From Auanema rhodensis (lineage: Eukaryota; Animalia; Nematoda): DNA of 64,000 bases. Every line of letters starts with the position of its first letter. Positions within the stretch are counted from its first letter, which is position 1. Both the position numbers and the translations under genes were made by a program. The DNA lies in assembly GCA_964057225.1 (NCBI GenBank), contig OZ059895.1, positions 10,044,001 to 10,108,000 of the forward strand. Reading direction: 5' to 3'. Shown piece after piece: positions 1 through 13,800 of this stretch. The notes beneath the pieces are model-generated. The model was given only the letters and a program-made list of their open reading frames with translations. It did no database searches and was not told the DNA's origin.

Positions 1-1959
1 TAAAACGAGGATAAGTATGTTAACCATTGAATATCAGATAATTTCGCTTACGATCATACCACGTTAAAAGTACGCCACACAGCTGATTTTTAATTTTATC
101 TCCGTAACAAATGTTTTCAATTTTCAAGCATTTTAACTTAGATAGCTCAACCAAAGGAAAGCAAATTATCTTCAATCTTATTTCTATATTACAGTTATAA
201 ACCAGTAGTTATTGAACCTTCGTCTAGACTTTACTGTTTTTATCTATTTCCTATCAAAACAAACATTGTTTAAACACTATACAACTATGAAACCTTTTTT
301 AATTTATTGTATTTGGAGCTCATAAGATTTGATAACATCGAGGGTTCCTGATGGAACGTGGAAAATTACATAACTAACATTAAATTGGAAAAAAAACTAA
401 AACGAGGATAAGTATGTTAACCATTGAATATCAGATATTTTCGCTTACGACCATACCACGTTAAAAGTACGCCATACAGCTGATTTTTAATTTTATCTCT
501 TCCGTAACAAATGTTTTCAATTTTCAAGCATTTTAACTTAGATAGCTCAACCAAACGAGAGCAAATTATCTTCAATCTTATTTCTATATTGCAGTTATAA
601 ACCAGTAGGTAATGAACCTTCGTCTTGACTTCACTGTTTTTATCTTTTCCCTATCGAAACTAACATTGTTTAAACACTATGCAACTGTGAAACCTTTTTT
701 AATTTATTGTATTTGGAGCTCATAAGATTTGATATCATCAAGGGATCCTGATGGAACGTGGAAAATTACATAACTAACATGAAATTGGAGAAAAAACTAA
801 AACGAGGATAAGTATGTTAACCATTGAATATTAGATAATTTCGCTTACGACCATACCACGTTAAAAGTACGCCACACTGCTGATTTTTAATTTTATCTCC
901 ATAACAAATGTTTTCAATTTTCAAGCATTTTAACTTAGATAGCTCAACCAAAGGAAAGCAAATTATCTTCAATCTTATTTCTATATTACAGTTATAAACC
1001 AGTAGTTATTGAACCTTCGTCTAGACTTTACTGTTTTTATCTATTTCCTATCAAAACAAACATTGTTTAAACACTATACAACTATGAAACCTTTTTTAAT
1101 TTATTGTATTTGGAGCTCATAAGATTTGATAACATCGAGGGTTCCTGATGGAACGGGGAAAATTACATAACTAACATTAAATTGGAAAAAAAACTAAAAC
1201 GAGGATAAGTATGTTAACCATTGAATATCAGATATTTTCGCTTACGACCATACCACGTTAAAAGTACGCCATACAGCTGATTTTTAATTTTATCTCTTCC
1301 GTAACAAATGTTTTCAATTTTCAAGCATTTTAACTTAGATAGCTCAACCAAACGAGAGCAAATTATCTTCAATCTTATTTCTATATTGCAGTTATAATCC
1401 AGTAGGTAATGAACCTTCGTCTTGACTTCACTGTTTTTATCTTTTCCCTATCGAAACTAACATTGTTTAAACACTATGCAACTGTGAAACCTTTTTTAAT
1501 TTATTGTATTTGGAGCTCATAAGATTTGATATCATCAAGGGATCCTGATGGAACGTGGAAAATTACATAACTAACATGAAATTGGAGAAAAAACTAAAAC
1601 GAGGATAAGTATGTTAACCATTGAATATTAGATAATTTCGCTTACGACCATACCACGTTAAAAGTACGCCATACAGCTGATTTTTAATTTTATCTCCGTA
1701 ACAAATGTTTTCAATTTTCAAGCATTTTAACTTAGATAGCTCAACCAAAGGAAAGCAAATTATCTTCAATCTTATTTCTATATTACAGTTATAAACCAGT
1801 AGTTATCAAACCTTCATCTTAACTTCACTGTTTCTATCTATTTCCTATCGAAACAAACATTGTTTAAACACTATGCAACTTTGAAACCCTTTTTAATTTA
1901 TTGTTTTTGGAGCTCATAAGATTTGATATCATCGAGGGTTCCAGATGGAACGTAGAAAA

Positions 1960-4900
1960 TTACATAACTAACATGAAATTGGAAAAAAAACAATAACGAG
2001 GATAAGTATGTAAATCATTGAATATCAGATATTTCCGCTTACGACCATACCACGTTGAAAGTACGCCATACAGCTGATTTTTAAATTTATCTCTTCCGTA
2101 ACAAATGTTTTCAATTTTCAAGCATTTTAACTTAGATAGCTCAACCAAACGAGAGCAAATTATCTTCAATCTTATTTCTATATTGCAGTTATGAACCAGT
2201 AGGTAATGAACCTTCGTCTTGACTTCACTGTTTTTATATTTTTCCTATCGAAACTAACATTGTTTAAACACTATGCAACTGTGAAACCTTTTTTAATTTA
2301 TTGTATTTGGAGCTCATAAGATTTGATATCATCGAGGGATCCTGATGGAACCTGGAAAATTACATAACTAACATGAAATTGGAAAAAAAACTGAAACGAG
2401 GATAAGTATGTTAACCATTGAATATCAGATAATTTTGCTTACGACCATACCACGTTAAAAGTACGCCACACAGCTGATTTTTAATTTTATCTCCGTAACA
2501 AATGTTTTCAATTTTCAAGCATTTTAACTTAGATAGCTCAACCAAAGGAAAGCAAATTATCTTCAATCTTATTTCTATATTACAGTTATAAACCAGTAGT
2601 TATTGAACCTTCGTCTAGACTTTACTGTTTTTATCTATTTCCTATCAAAACAAACACTGTTTAAACACTATGCAACTGTGAAACCTTTTTTAATTTATTG
2701 TATTTGGAGCTCATAAGATTTGATAACATCGAGGGTTCCTGATGGAACGTGGAAAATTACATAACTAACATTAAATTGGAAAAAAAACTAAAACGAGGAT
2801 AAGTATGTTAACCATTGAATATCAGATATTTTCGCTTACGACCATACCACGTTAAAAGTACGCCATACAGCTGATTTTTAATTTTATCTCTTCCGTAACA
2901 AATGTTTTCAATTTTCAAGCATTTTAACTTAGATAGCTCAACCAAACGAGAGCAAATTATCTTCAATCTTATTTCTATATTGCAGTTATAATCCAGTAGG
3001 TAATGAACCTTCGTCTTGACTTCACTGTTTTTATATTTTTCCTATCGAAACTAACATTGTTTAAACACTATGCAACTGTGAAACCTTTTTTAATTTATTG
3101 TATTTGGAGCTCATAAGATTTGATATCATCGAGGGTTCCTGATGGAACCTGGAAAATTACATAACTAACATGAAATTGGAAAAAAAACTGAAACGAGGAT
3201 AAGTATGTTAACCATTGAATATCAGATAATTTTGCTTACGACCATACCACGTTAAAAGTACGCCACACAGCTGATTTTTAATTTTATCTCCGTAACAAAT
3301 GTTTTCAATTTTCAAGCATTTTAACTTAGATAGCTCAACCAAAGGAAAGCAAATTATCTTCAATCTTATTTCTATATTACAGTTATAAACCAGTAGTTAT
3401 TGAACCTTCGTCTAGACTTTACTGTTTTTATCTATTTCCTATCAAAACAAACACTGTTTAAACACTATGGAACTGTGAAACCTTTTTTAATTTATTGTAT
3501 TTGGAGCTCATAAGATTTGATAACATCGAGGGTTCCTGATGGAACGTGGAAAATTACATAACTAACATTAAATTGGAAAAAAAACTAAAACGAGGATAAG
3601 TATGTTAACCATTGAATATCAGATATTTTCGCTTACGACCATACCACGTTAAAAGTACGCCATACAGCTGATTTTTAATTTTATCTCTTCCGTAACAAAT
3701 GTTTTCAATTTTCAAGCATTTTAACTTAGATAGCTCAACCAAACGAGAGCAAATTATCTTCAATCTTATTTCTATATTGCAGTTATAATCCAGTAGGTAA
3801 TGAACCTTCGTCTTGACTTCACTGTTTTTATCTTTTCCCTATCGAAACTAACATTGTTTAAACACTATGCAACTGTGAAACCTTTTTTAATTTATTGTAT
3901 TTGGAGCTCATAAGATTTGATATCATCAAGGGATCCTGATGGAACGTGGAAAATTACATAACTAACATGAAATTGGAGAAAAAACTAAAACGAGGATAAG
4001 TATGTTAACCATTGAATATTAGATAATTTCGCTTACGACCATACCACGTTAAAAGTACGCCATACAGCTGATTTTTAATTTTATCTCCGTAACAAATGTT
4101 TTCAATTTTCAAGCATTTTAACTTAGATAGCTCAACCAAAGGAAAGCAAATTATCTTCAATCTTATTTCTATATTACAGTTATAAACCAGTAGTTATCAA
4201 ACCTTCATCTTAACTTCACTGTTTCTATCTATTTCCTATCGAAACAAACATTGTTTAAACACTATGCAACTTTGAAACCCTTTTTAATTTATTGTTTTTG
4301 GAGCTCATAAGATTTGATATCATCGAGGGTTCCAGATGGAACGTAGAAAATTACATAACTAACATGAAATTGGAAAAAAAACAATAACGAGGATAAGTAT
4401 GTAAATCATTGAATATCAGATATTTCCGCTTACGACCATACCACGTTGAAAGTACGCCATACAGCTGATTTTTAAATTTATCTCTTCCGTAACAAATGTT
4501 TTCAATTTTCAAGCATTTTAACTTAGATAGCTCAACCAAACGAGAGCAAATTATCTTCAATCTTATTTCTATATTGCAGTTATGAACCAGTAGGTAATGA
4601 ACCTTCGTCTTGACTTCACTGTTTTTATATTTTTCCTATCGAAACTAACATTGTTTAAACACTATGCAACTGTGAAACCTTTTTTAATTTATTGTATTTG
4701 GAGCTCATAAGATTTGATATCATCGAGGGATCCTGATGGAACCTGGAAAATTACATAACTAACATGAAATTGGAAAAAAAACTGAAACGAGGATAAGTAT
4801 GTTAACCATTGAATATCAGATAATTTTGCTTACGACCATACCACGTTAAAAGTACGCCACACAGCTGATTTTTAATTTTATCTCCGTAACAAATGTTTTC

Positions 4901-5300
4901 AATTTTCAAGCATTTTAACTTAGATAGCTCAACCAAAGGAAAGCAAATTATCTTCAATCTTATTTCTATATTACAGTTATAAACCAGTAGTTATTGAACC
5001 TTCGTCTAGACTTTACTGTTTTTACCTATTTCCTATCAAAACAAACATTGTTTAAACACTATGCAACTGTGAAACCTTTTTTAATTTATTGTATTTGGAG
5101 CTCATAAGATTTGATATCATCGAGGGATCCTGATGGAACGTGGAAAATTACATAACTAACATGAAATTGGAGAAAAAACTAAAACGAGGATAAGTATGTT
5201 AACCATTGAATATTAGATAATTTCGCTTACGACCATACCAGGTTAAAAGTACGCCACACAGCTGATTTTTAATTTTATCTCCGTAACAAATGTTTTCAAT
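1960..5300 (+). repeat. 2391-bp six-monomer higher-order repeat (approximate limits)
   Basis: A distinctive monomer (CAATAACGAGG...GTAAATCATTG...TTTCCGC) recurs at 1960/4351 and 16177/18568 (2391 bp apart) and at 12589/16177 (3588 bp apart). Confidence 0.8.
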
Positions 5301-5621
5301 TTTCAAGCATTTTAACTTAGATAGCTCAACCAAAGGAAAACAAATTATCTTCAATCTTATTTCTATATTACAGTTATAAACCAGTAGTTATTGAACCTTC
5401 GTCTAGACTTTACTGTTTTTATCTATTTCCTATCAAAACAAACATTGTTTAAACACTATACAACTATGAAACCTTTTTTGATTTATCGTATTTGGAGCTC
5501 ATAAGATTTGATATCATCGAGGGTTCCAGATGGAACGTGAAAAATTACATAACTAACATAAAATTTGAAAAAAAACTATAACGAGGATAAGTAGGTAAAC
5601 CATTGAATATCAGATATTTTC

Positions 5622-5740
5622 GCTTACGACCATACCACGTTGAAAGTACGCCATCCCGTCCGATCTGGCAAGTCAAGCAACGTTGGGCCCGGTTAGTACA
5701 TGGATCGGAGACGGCTTGGGAATCCCGGGTGCCGTATGCT
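5622..5740 (+). rRNA. 5S: 5S rRNA gene, variant T79A+A116T (possibly defective)
   Basis: Full 119-nt 5S followed by oligo-T. The two substitutions disrupt pairs in helix IV and helix I. Confidence 0.85.
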
Positions 5741-7748
5741 TTTCAAATTTTTTTAACGATCATAACACGTTGAAAGTACGCCATGCAGCTGATTTTCAAT
5801 TTTAACTCTTCTATAACAAATTTTTTCAATTTTCAAGCAGTTTTACTTGGATAGCTCAACCAAAGCAGAGCAAAATATCTACAATCTTATTTCTATATTA
5901 CAGTTATAAACCAGTAGTTATTGAACCTTCATCTTAACTTTACTGTTTCTATCTATTTCCTATCGAAACAAACATTGTTTAAACACTATGCAACTGTGAA
6001 ACCTTTTTTATTTTATTGTATTTGGAGCTCATAAGATTTGATATCATCGAGGGATCCTGATGGAACGTGGAAAATTACATAACTAACATGAAATTGGAAA
6101 AAAAACTAAAACGAGGATAAGTATGTTAACCATTGAATATCAGATAATTTCGCTTACGACCATACCACGTTAAAAGTACGCCATACAGCTGAATTTTAAT
6201 TTTATCTCTTCCGTAACAAATGTTTTCAATTTTCAAGCATTTTAACTTAGATAGCTCAACCAAACGAGAGCAAATTATCTTCAATCTTATTTCTATTTTA
6301 CAGTTATGAACCAGTAGGTAATGAACCTTCGTCTTGACTTCACTGTTTTTATATTTTTCCTATCGAAACAAACATTGTTTAAACACTATGCAACTGTGAA
6401 ACCTCTTCAATTTATTGCATTTGGAGCTTATAAGATTTGATATCATCGAGGGATCCTGATGGAACGTGGAAAATTACATAACTAACATGAAATTGGAAAA
6501 AAAACTAAAACGAGGATAAGTATGTTAACCATTGAATATCAGATAATTTCGCTTACGACCATACCACGTTAAAAGTACGCCATACAGCTGAATTTTAATT
6601 TTATCTCTTCCGTAACAAATGTTTTCAATTTTCAAGCATTTTAACTTAGATAGCTCAACCAAAGGAAAGCAAATTATCTTCAATCTTATTTCTATATTAC
6701 AGTTATAAACCAGTAGTTATCAAACCTTCATCTTAACTTTACTGTTTCTATCTATTTCCTATCGAAACAAACATTGTTTAAACACTATGCAACTGTGAAA
6801 CCTCTTCAATTTATTGCATTTGGAGCTTATAAGATTTGATATCATCGAGGGATCCTGATGGAACGTGGAAAATTACATAACTAACATGAAATTGGAAAAA
6901 AAACTAAAACGAGGATAAGTATGTTAACCATTGAATATCAGATAATTTTGCTTACGACCATACCACGTTAAAAGAACGCCATACAGCTGAATTTTAATTT
7001 TATCTCTTCCGTAACAAATGTTTTCAATTTTCAAGCATTTTTACTTAGATAGCTCAACCAAAGGAGAGCAAATTATCTTCAATCTTATTTCTATATTACA
7101 GTTATAAACCAGTAGTTATTAAACCTTCATCTTAACTTTACTGTTTCTATCTATTTCCTATCGAAACAAACATTGTTTAAACACTATGCAACTTTGAAAC
7201 CCTTTTTAATTTATTGTTTTTGGAGCTCATAAGATTTGATATCATCGAGGGATCCTAATGGAACGTGGAAAATTACATAACTAACATAAAATTGGAAAAA
7301 AACTAAAACGAGGATAAGTATGTTGACCATTGAATATCAGATATTTTCGCTTACGACCATACCACGTTAAAAGTACGCAATACAGCTGATTTTTAATTTT
7401 ATCTCTTCCGTAACAAATGTTTTCAATTTTCAAGCATTTTAACTTAGATAGCTCAACCAAACGAGAGCAAATTATCTTCAATCTTATTTCTATATTGCAG
7501 TTATAAACCAGTAGTAAATGAACCTTCGTCTTGACTTCACTGTTTTTATCTTTTTCCTATCGAAACAAACATTGTTTAAACACTATGCAACTGTGAAACC
7601 TTTTTTAATTTATTGTATTTGGAGCTCATAAGATTTGATATCATCGAGGGATCCTGAAGGAACGTGGAAAATTACATAACTAACATAAAATTTGAAAAAA
7701 AACTATAACGAGGATAAGTAGGTAAACCATTGAATATCAGATATTTTC

Positions 7749-7867
7749 GCTTACGACCATACCACGTTGAAAATACGCCATCCCGTCCGATCTGGCAAGT
7801 CAAGCAACGTTGGGCCCGGTTAGTACTTGGATCGGAGACGGCTTGGGAATCCCGGGTGCCGTAAGCT
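7749..7867 (+). rRNA. 5S: 5S rRNA gene (G25A)
   Basis: GCTTACGACC...CCGTAAGCT followed by TTT; helices I-V can be folded by eye. Confidence 0.92.
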
Positions 7868-10800
7868 TTTCAAATTTTTTTAACGATCATAACACGTTGA
7901 AAGTACGCCATACAGCTGATTTTCAATTTTATCTCTTCTGTAACAAATTTTTTCAATTTTTAAGCAGTTTTACTTGGATAGCTCAACCGAAGCAGAGCAA
8001 AATATCTACAATCTTATTTCTATATTACAGTTATAAACCAGTAGTTATTGAACCTTCATCTTAACTTTACTGTTTCTATCTATTTCCTATCGAAACAAAC
8101 ATTGTTTAAACACTATGCAACTTTGAAACCCTTTTTAATTTATTGTTTTTGGAGCTCATAAGATTTGATATCATCGAGGGATCCTGATGGAACGTGGAAA
8201 ATTACATAACTAACATTAAATTGGAAAAAAAACTGAAACGAGGATAAGTATGTTAACCATTGAATATCAGATATTTTCGCTTCCGACCATACCACGTTAA
8301 AAGTACGCCATACAGCTGATTTTTAATTTTATCTCTTCCGTAACAAATGTTTTCAATTTTCAAGCATTTTAACTTAGATAGCTCAACCAAACGAGAGCAA
8401 ATTATCTTCAATCTTATTTCTATATTACAGTTATAAACCAGTAGTTATTGAACCTTCGTCTAGACTTTAGTGTTTTTATCTATTTCCTATCAAAACAAAC
8501 ATTGTTTAAACACTATACAACTATGAAAACTTTTTTAATTTATTGTATTTGGAGCTCATAAGATTTGATATCATCGAGGGGTCCTGATGGAACGTGGAAA
8601 ATTACATAACAAACATAAAATTTGAAAAAAAACTAAAACGAGGATAAGTATGTTAACCATTGAATATCAGATATTTTCGCTTACGACCATACCACGTTAA
8701 AAGTACGCCATACAGCTGATTTTTAATTTTATCTCTTCCGTAACAAATGTTTTCAATTTTCAAGCATTTTAACTTAGATAGCTCAACCAAACGAGAGCAA
8801 ATTATCTTCAATCTTATTTCTATATTGCAGTTATAAATCAGTAGGTAATGAACCTTCGTCTTGACTTCACTGTTTTTATCTTTTCCCTATCGAAACTAAC
8901 ATTGTTTAAACACTATGCAACTGTGAAACCTTTTTTAATTTATTGTATTTGGAGCTTATAAGATTTGATATCATCGAGGGATCCTGATGGAACTTTGAAA
9001 ATTACATAACTAACATGAAATTGGAAAAAAAACTAAAACGAGGATAAGTATGTTAACCATTGAATATCAGATAATTTCGCTTACGATCATACCACGTTAA
9101 AAGTACGCCACACAGCTGATTTTTAATTTCATCTCTTCCGTAACAAATGTTTTCAATTTTCAAGCATTTTTACTTAGATAACTCAACCAAAGGAGAGCAA
9201 ATTATCTTCATTCTTATTTCTATATTACAGTTATAAACCAGTAGTTATCAAACCTTCATCTTAACTTTACTGTTTCTATCTATTTCCTATCGAAACACAC
9301 ATTGTTTAAACACTATGCAACTGTGAAACCTCTTCAATTTATTGCATTTGGAGCTCATAAGATTTGATATCATTGAGGGATCCTGATGGAACGTGGAAAA
9401 TTACATAACTAACATTAAATTGGAAAAAAAACTAAAACGAGGATAAGTATGTTAACCATTGAATATCAGATGATTTCGCTTACGACCATACCACGTTAAA
9501 AGTACGCCATACAGCTGATTTTTAAATTTAGCTCTTCCGTAACAAATGTTTTCAATTTTCAAGCATTTTAACTTAGATAGCTCAACCAAACGAGAGCAAA
9601 TTATCTTCAATCTTATTTCTATATTGCAGTTATGAACCAGTAGGTAATGAACCTTCGTCTTGACTTCACTGTTTTTATATTTTTCCTATCGAAACTAACA
9701 TTGTTTAAACACTATGCAACTGTGAAACCTTTTTTAATTTATTGTATTTGGAGCTCATAAGATTTGATATCATCGAGGGATCTTGATGGAACCTGGAAAA
9801 TTACATAACTAACATGAAATTGGAAAAAAAACTAAAACGAGGATAAGTATGTTAACCATTGAATATCAGATAATTTCGCTTACGATCATACCACGTTAAA
9901 AGTACGCCACACAGCTGATTTTTAATTTTATCTCCGTAACAAATGTTTTCAATTTTCAAGCATTTTAACTTAGATAGCTCAACCAAAGGAAAGCAAATTA
10001 TCTTCAATCTTATTTCTATATTACAGTTATAAACCAGTAGTTATTGAACCTTCGTCTAGACTTTACTGTTTTTATCTATTTCCTATCAAAACAAACATTG
10101 TTTAAACACTATACAACTATGAAACCTTTTTTAATTTATTGTATTTGGAGCTCATAAGATTTGATAACATCGAGGGTTCCTGATGGAACGTGGAAAATTA
10201 CATAACTAACATTAAATTGGAAAAAAAACTAAAACGAGGATAAGTATGTTAACCATTGAATATCAGATATTTTCGCTTACGACCATACCACGTTAAAAGT
10301 ACGCCATACAGCTGATTTTTAATTTTATCTCTTCCGTAACAAATGTTTTCAATTTTCAAGCATTTTAACTTAGATAGCTCAACCAAACGAGAGCATATTA
10401 TCTTCAATCTTATTTCTATATTGCAGTTATAAACCAGTAGGTAATGAACCTTCGTCTTGACTTCACTGTTTTTATCTTTTCCCTATCGAAACTAACATTG
10501 TTTAAACACTATGCAACTGTGAAACCTTTTTTAATTTATTGTATTTGGAGCTCATAAGATTTGATATCATCAAGGGATCCTGATGGAACGTGGAAAATTA
10601 CATAACTAACATGAAATTGGAGAAAAAACTAAAACGAGGATAAGTATGTTAACCATTGAATATTAGATAATTTCGCTTACGACCATACCACGTTAAAAGT
10701 ACGCCACACTGCTGATTTTTAATTTTATCTCCGTAACAAATGTTTTCAATTTTCAAGCATTTTAACTTAGATAGCTCAACCAAAGGAAAGCAAATTATCT

Positions 10801-13800
10801 TCAATCTTATTTCTATATTACAGTTATGAACCAGTAGTTATTGAACGTTCGTCTAGACTTTACTGTTTTTATCTATTTCCTATCAAAACAAACATTGTTT
10901 AAACACTATACAACTATGAAACCTTTTTTAATTTATTGTATTTGGAGCTCATAAGATTTGATAACATCGAGGGTTCCTGATGGAACGTGGAAAATTACAT
11001 AACTAACATTAAATTGGAAAAAAAACTAAAACGAGGATAAGTATGTTAACCATTGAATATCAGATATTTTCGCTTACGACCATACCACGTTAAAAGTACG
11101 CCATACAGCTGATTTTTAATTTTATCTCTTCCGTAACAAATGTTTTCAATTTTCAAGCATTTTAACTTAGATAGCTCAACCAAACGAGAGCAAATTATCT
11201 TCAATCTTATTTCTATATTGCAGTTATAAACCAGTAGGTAATGAACCTTCGTCTTGACTTCACTGTTTTTATCTTTTCCCTATCGAAACTAACATTGTTT
11301 AAACACTATGCAACTGTGAAACCTTTTTTAATTTATTGTATTTGGAGCTCATAAGATTTGATATCATCAAGGGATCCTGATGGAACGTGGAAAATTACAT
11401 AACTAACATGAAATTGGAGAAAAAACTAAAACGAGGATAAGTATGTTAACCATTGAATATTAGATAATTTCGCTTACGACCATACCACGTTAAAAGTACG
11501 CCACACTGCTGATTTTTAATTTTATCTCCGTAACAAATGTTTTCAATTTTCAAGCATTTTAACTTAGATAGCTCAACCAAAGGAAAGCAAATTATCTTCA
11601 ATCTTATTTCTATATTACAGTTATAAACCAGTAGTTATTGAACCTTCGTCTAGACTTTACTGTTTTTATCTATTTCCTATCAAAACAAACATTGTTTAAA
11701 CACTATACAACTATGAAACCTTTTTTAATTTATTGTATTTGGAGCTCATAAGATTTGATAACATCGAGGGTTCCTGATGGAACGTGGAAAATTACATAAC
11801 TAACATTAAATTGGAAAAAAAACTAAAACGAGGATAAGTATGTTAACCATTGAATATCAGATATTTTCGCTTACGACCATACCACGTTAAAAGTACGCCA
11901 TACAGCTGATTTTTAATTTTATCTCTTCCGTAACAAATGTTTTCAATTTTCAAGCATTTTAACTTAGATAGCTCAACCAAACGAGAGCAAATTATCTTCA
12001 ATCTTATTTCTACATTGCAGTTATAAACCAGTAGGTAATGAACCTTCGTCTTGACTTCACTGTTTTTATCTTTTCCCTATCGAAACTAACATTGTTTAAA
12101 CACTATGCAACTGTGAAACCTTTTTTAATTTATTGTATTTGGAGCTCATAAGATTTGATATCATCAAGGGATCCTGATGGAACGTGGAAAATTACATAAC
12201 TAACATGAAATTGGAGAAAAAACTAAAACGAGGATAAGTATGTTAACCATTGAATATTAGATAATTTCGCTTACGACCATACCACGTTAAAAGTACGCCA
12301 CACTGCTGATTTTTAATTTTATCTCCGTAACAAATGTTTTCAATTTTCAAGCATTTTAACTTAGATAGCTCAACCAAAGGAAAGCAAATTATCTTCAATC
12401 TTATTTCTATATTACAGTTATAAACCAGTAGTTATTGAACCTTCGTCTAGACTTTACTGTTTTTATCTATTTCCTATCAAAACAAACATTGTTTAAACAC
12501 TATACAACTATGAAACCTTTTTTAATTTATCGTATTTGGAGCTCATAAGATTTGATATCATCGAGGGTTCCAGATGGAACGTAGAAAATTACATAACTAA
12601 CATGAAATTGGAAAAAAAACAATAACGAGGATAAGTATGTAAATCATTGAATATCAGATATTTCCGCTTACGACCATACCACGTTGAAAATACGCCATAC
12701 AGCTGATTTTTAAATTTATCTCTTCCGTAACAAATGTTTTCAATTTTCAAGCATTTTAACTTAGATAGCTCAACCAAACGAGAGCAAATTATCTTCAATC
12801 TTATTTCTATATTGCAGTTATGAACCAGTAGGTAATGAACCTTCGTCTTGACTTCACTGTTTTTATATTTTTCCTATCGAAACTAACATTGTTTAAACAC
12901 TATGCAACTGTGAAACCTTTTTTAATTTATTGTATTTGGAGCTCATAAGATTTGATATCATCGAGGGATCCTGATGGAACCTGGAAAATTACATAACTAA
13001 CATGAAATTGGAAAAAAAACTGAAACGAGGATAAGTATGTTAACCATTGAATATCAGATAATTTTGCTTACGACCATACCACGTTAAAAGTACGCCACAC
13101 AGCTGATTTTTAATTTTATCTCCGTAACAAATGTTTTCAATTTTCAAGCATTTTAACTTAGATAGCTCAACCAAAGGAAAGCAAATTATCTTCAATCTTA
13201 TTTCTATATTACAGTTATAAACCAGTAGTTATTGAACCTTCGTCTAGACTTTACTGTTTTTATCTATTTCCTATCGAAACAAACATTGTTTAAACACTAT
13301 GCAACTGTGAAACCTTTTTTAATTTATTGTATTTGGAGCTCATAAGATTTGATATCATCGAGGGATCCTGATGGAACGTGGAAAATTACATAACTAACAT
13401 GAAATTGGAGAAAAAACTAAAACGAGGATAAGTATGTTAACCATTGAATATTAGATAATTTCGCTTACGACCATACCACGTTAAAAGTACGCCACACTGC
13501 TGATTTTTAATTGTATCTCCGTAACAAATGTTTTCAATTTTCAAGCATTTTAACTTAGATAGCTCAACCAAAGGAAAGCAAATTATCTTCAATCTTATTT
13601 CTATATTACAGTTATAAACCAGTAGTTATTGAACCTTCGTCTAGACTTTACTGTTTTTATCTATTTCCTATCAAAACAAACATTGTTTAAACACTATACA
13701 ACTATGAAACCTTTTTTAATTTATTGTATTTGGAGCTCATAAGATTTGATAACATCGAGGGTTCCTGATGGAACGTGGAAAATTACATAACTAACATTAA

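Noticed and set aside
398-797. Many 6-8-bp palindromes per monomer (GTTAAC, CAGCTG, GTTTAAAC, GAGCTC, GATATC, GGATCC)
   Set aside because: Their abundance is one sequence multiplied by tandem amplification. Several are lost in variants, and significance cannot be judged without a shuffle test.
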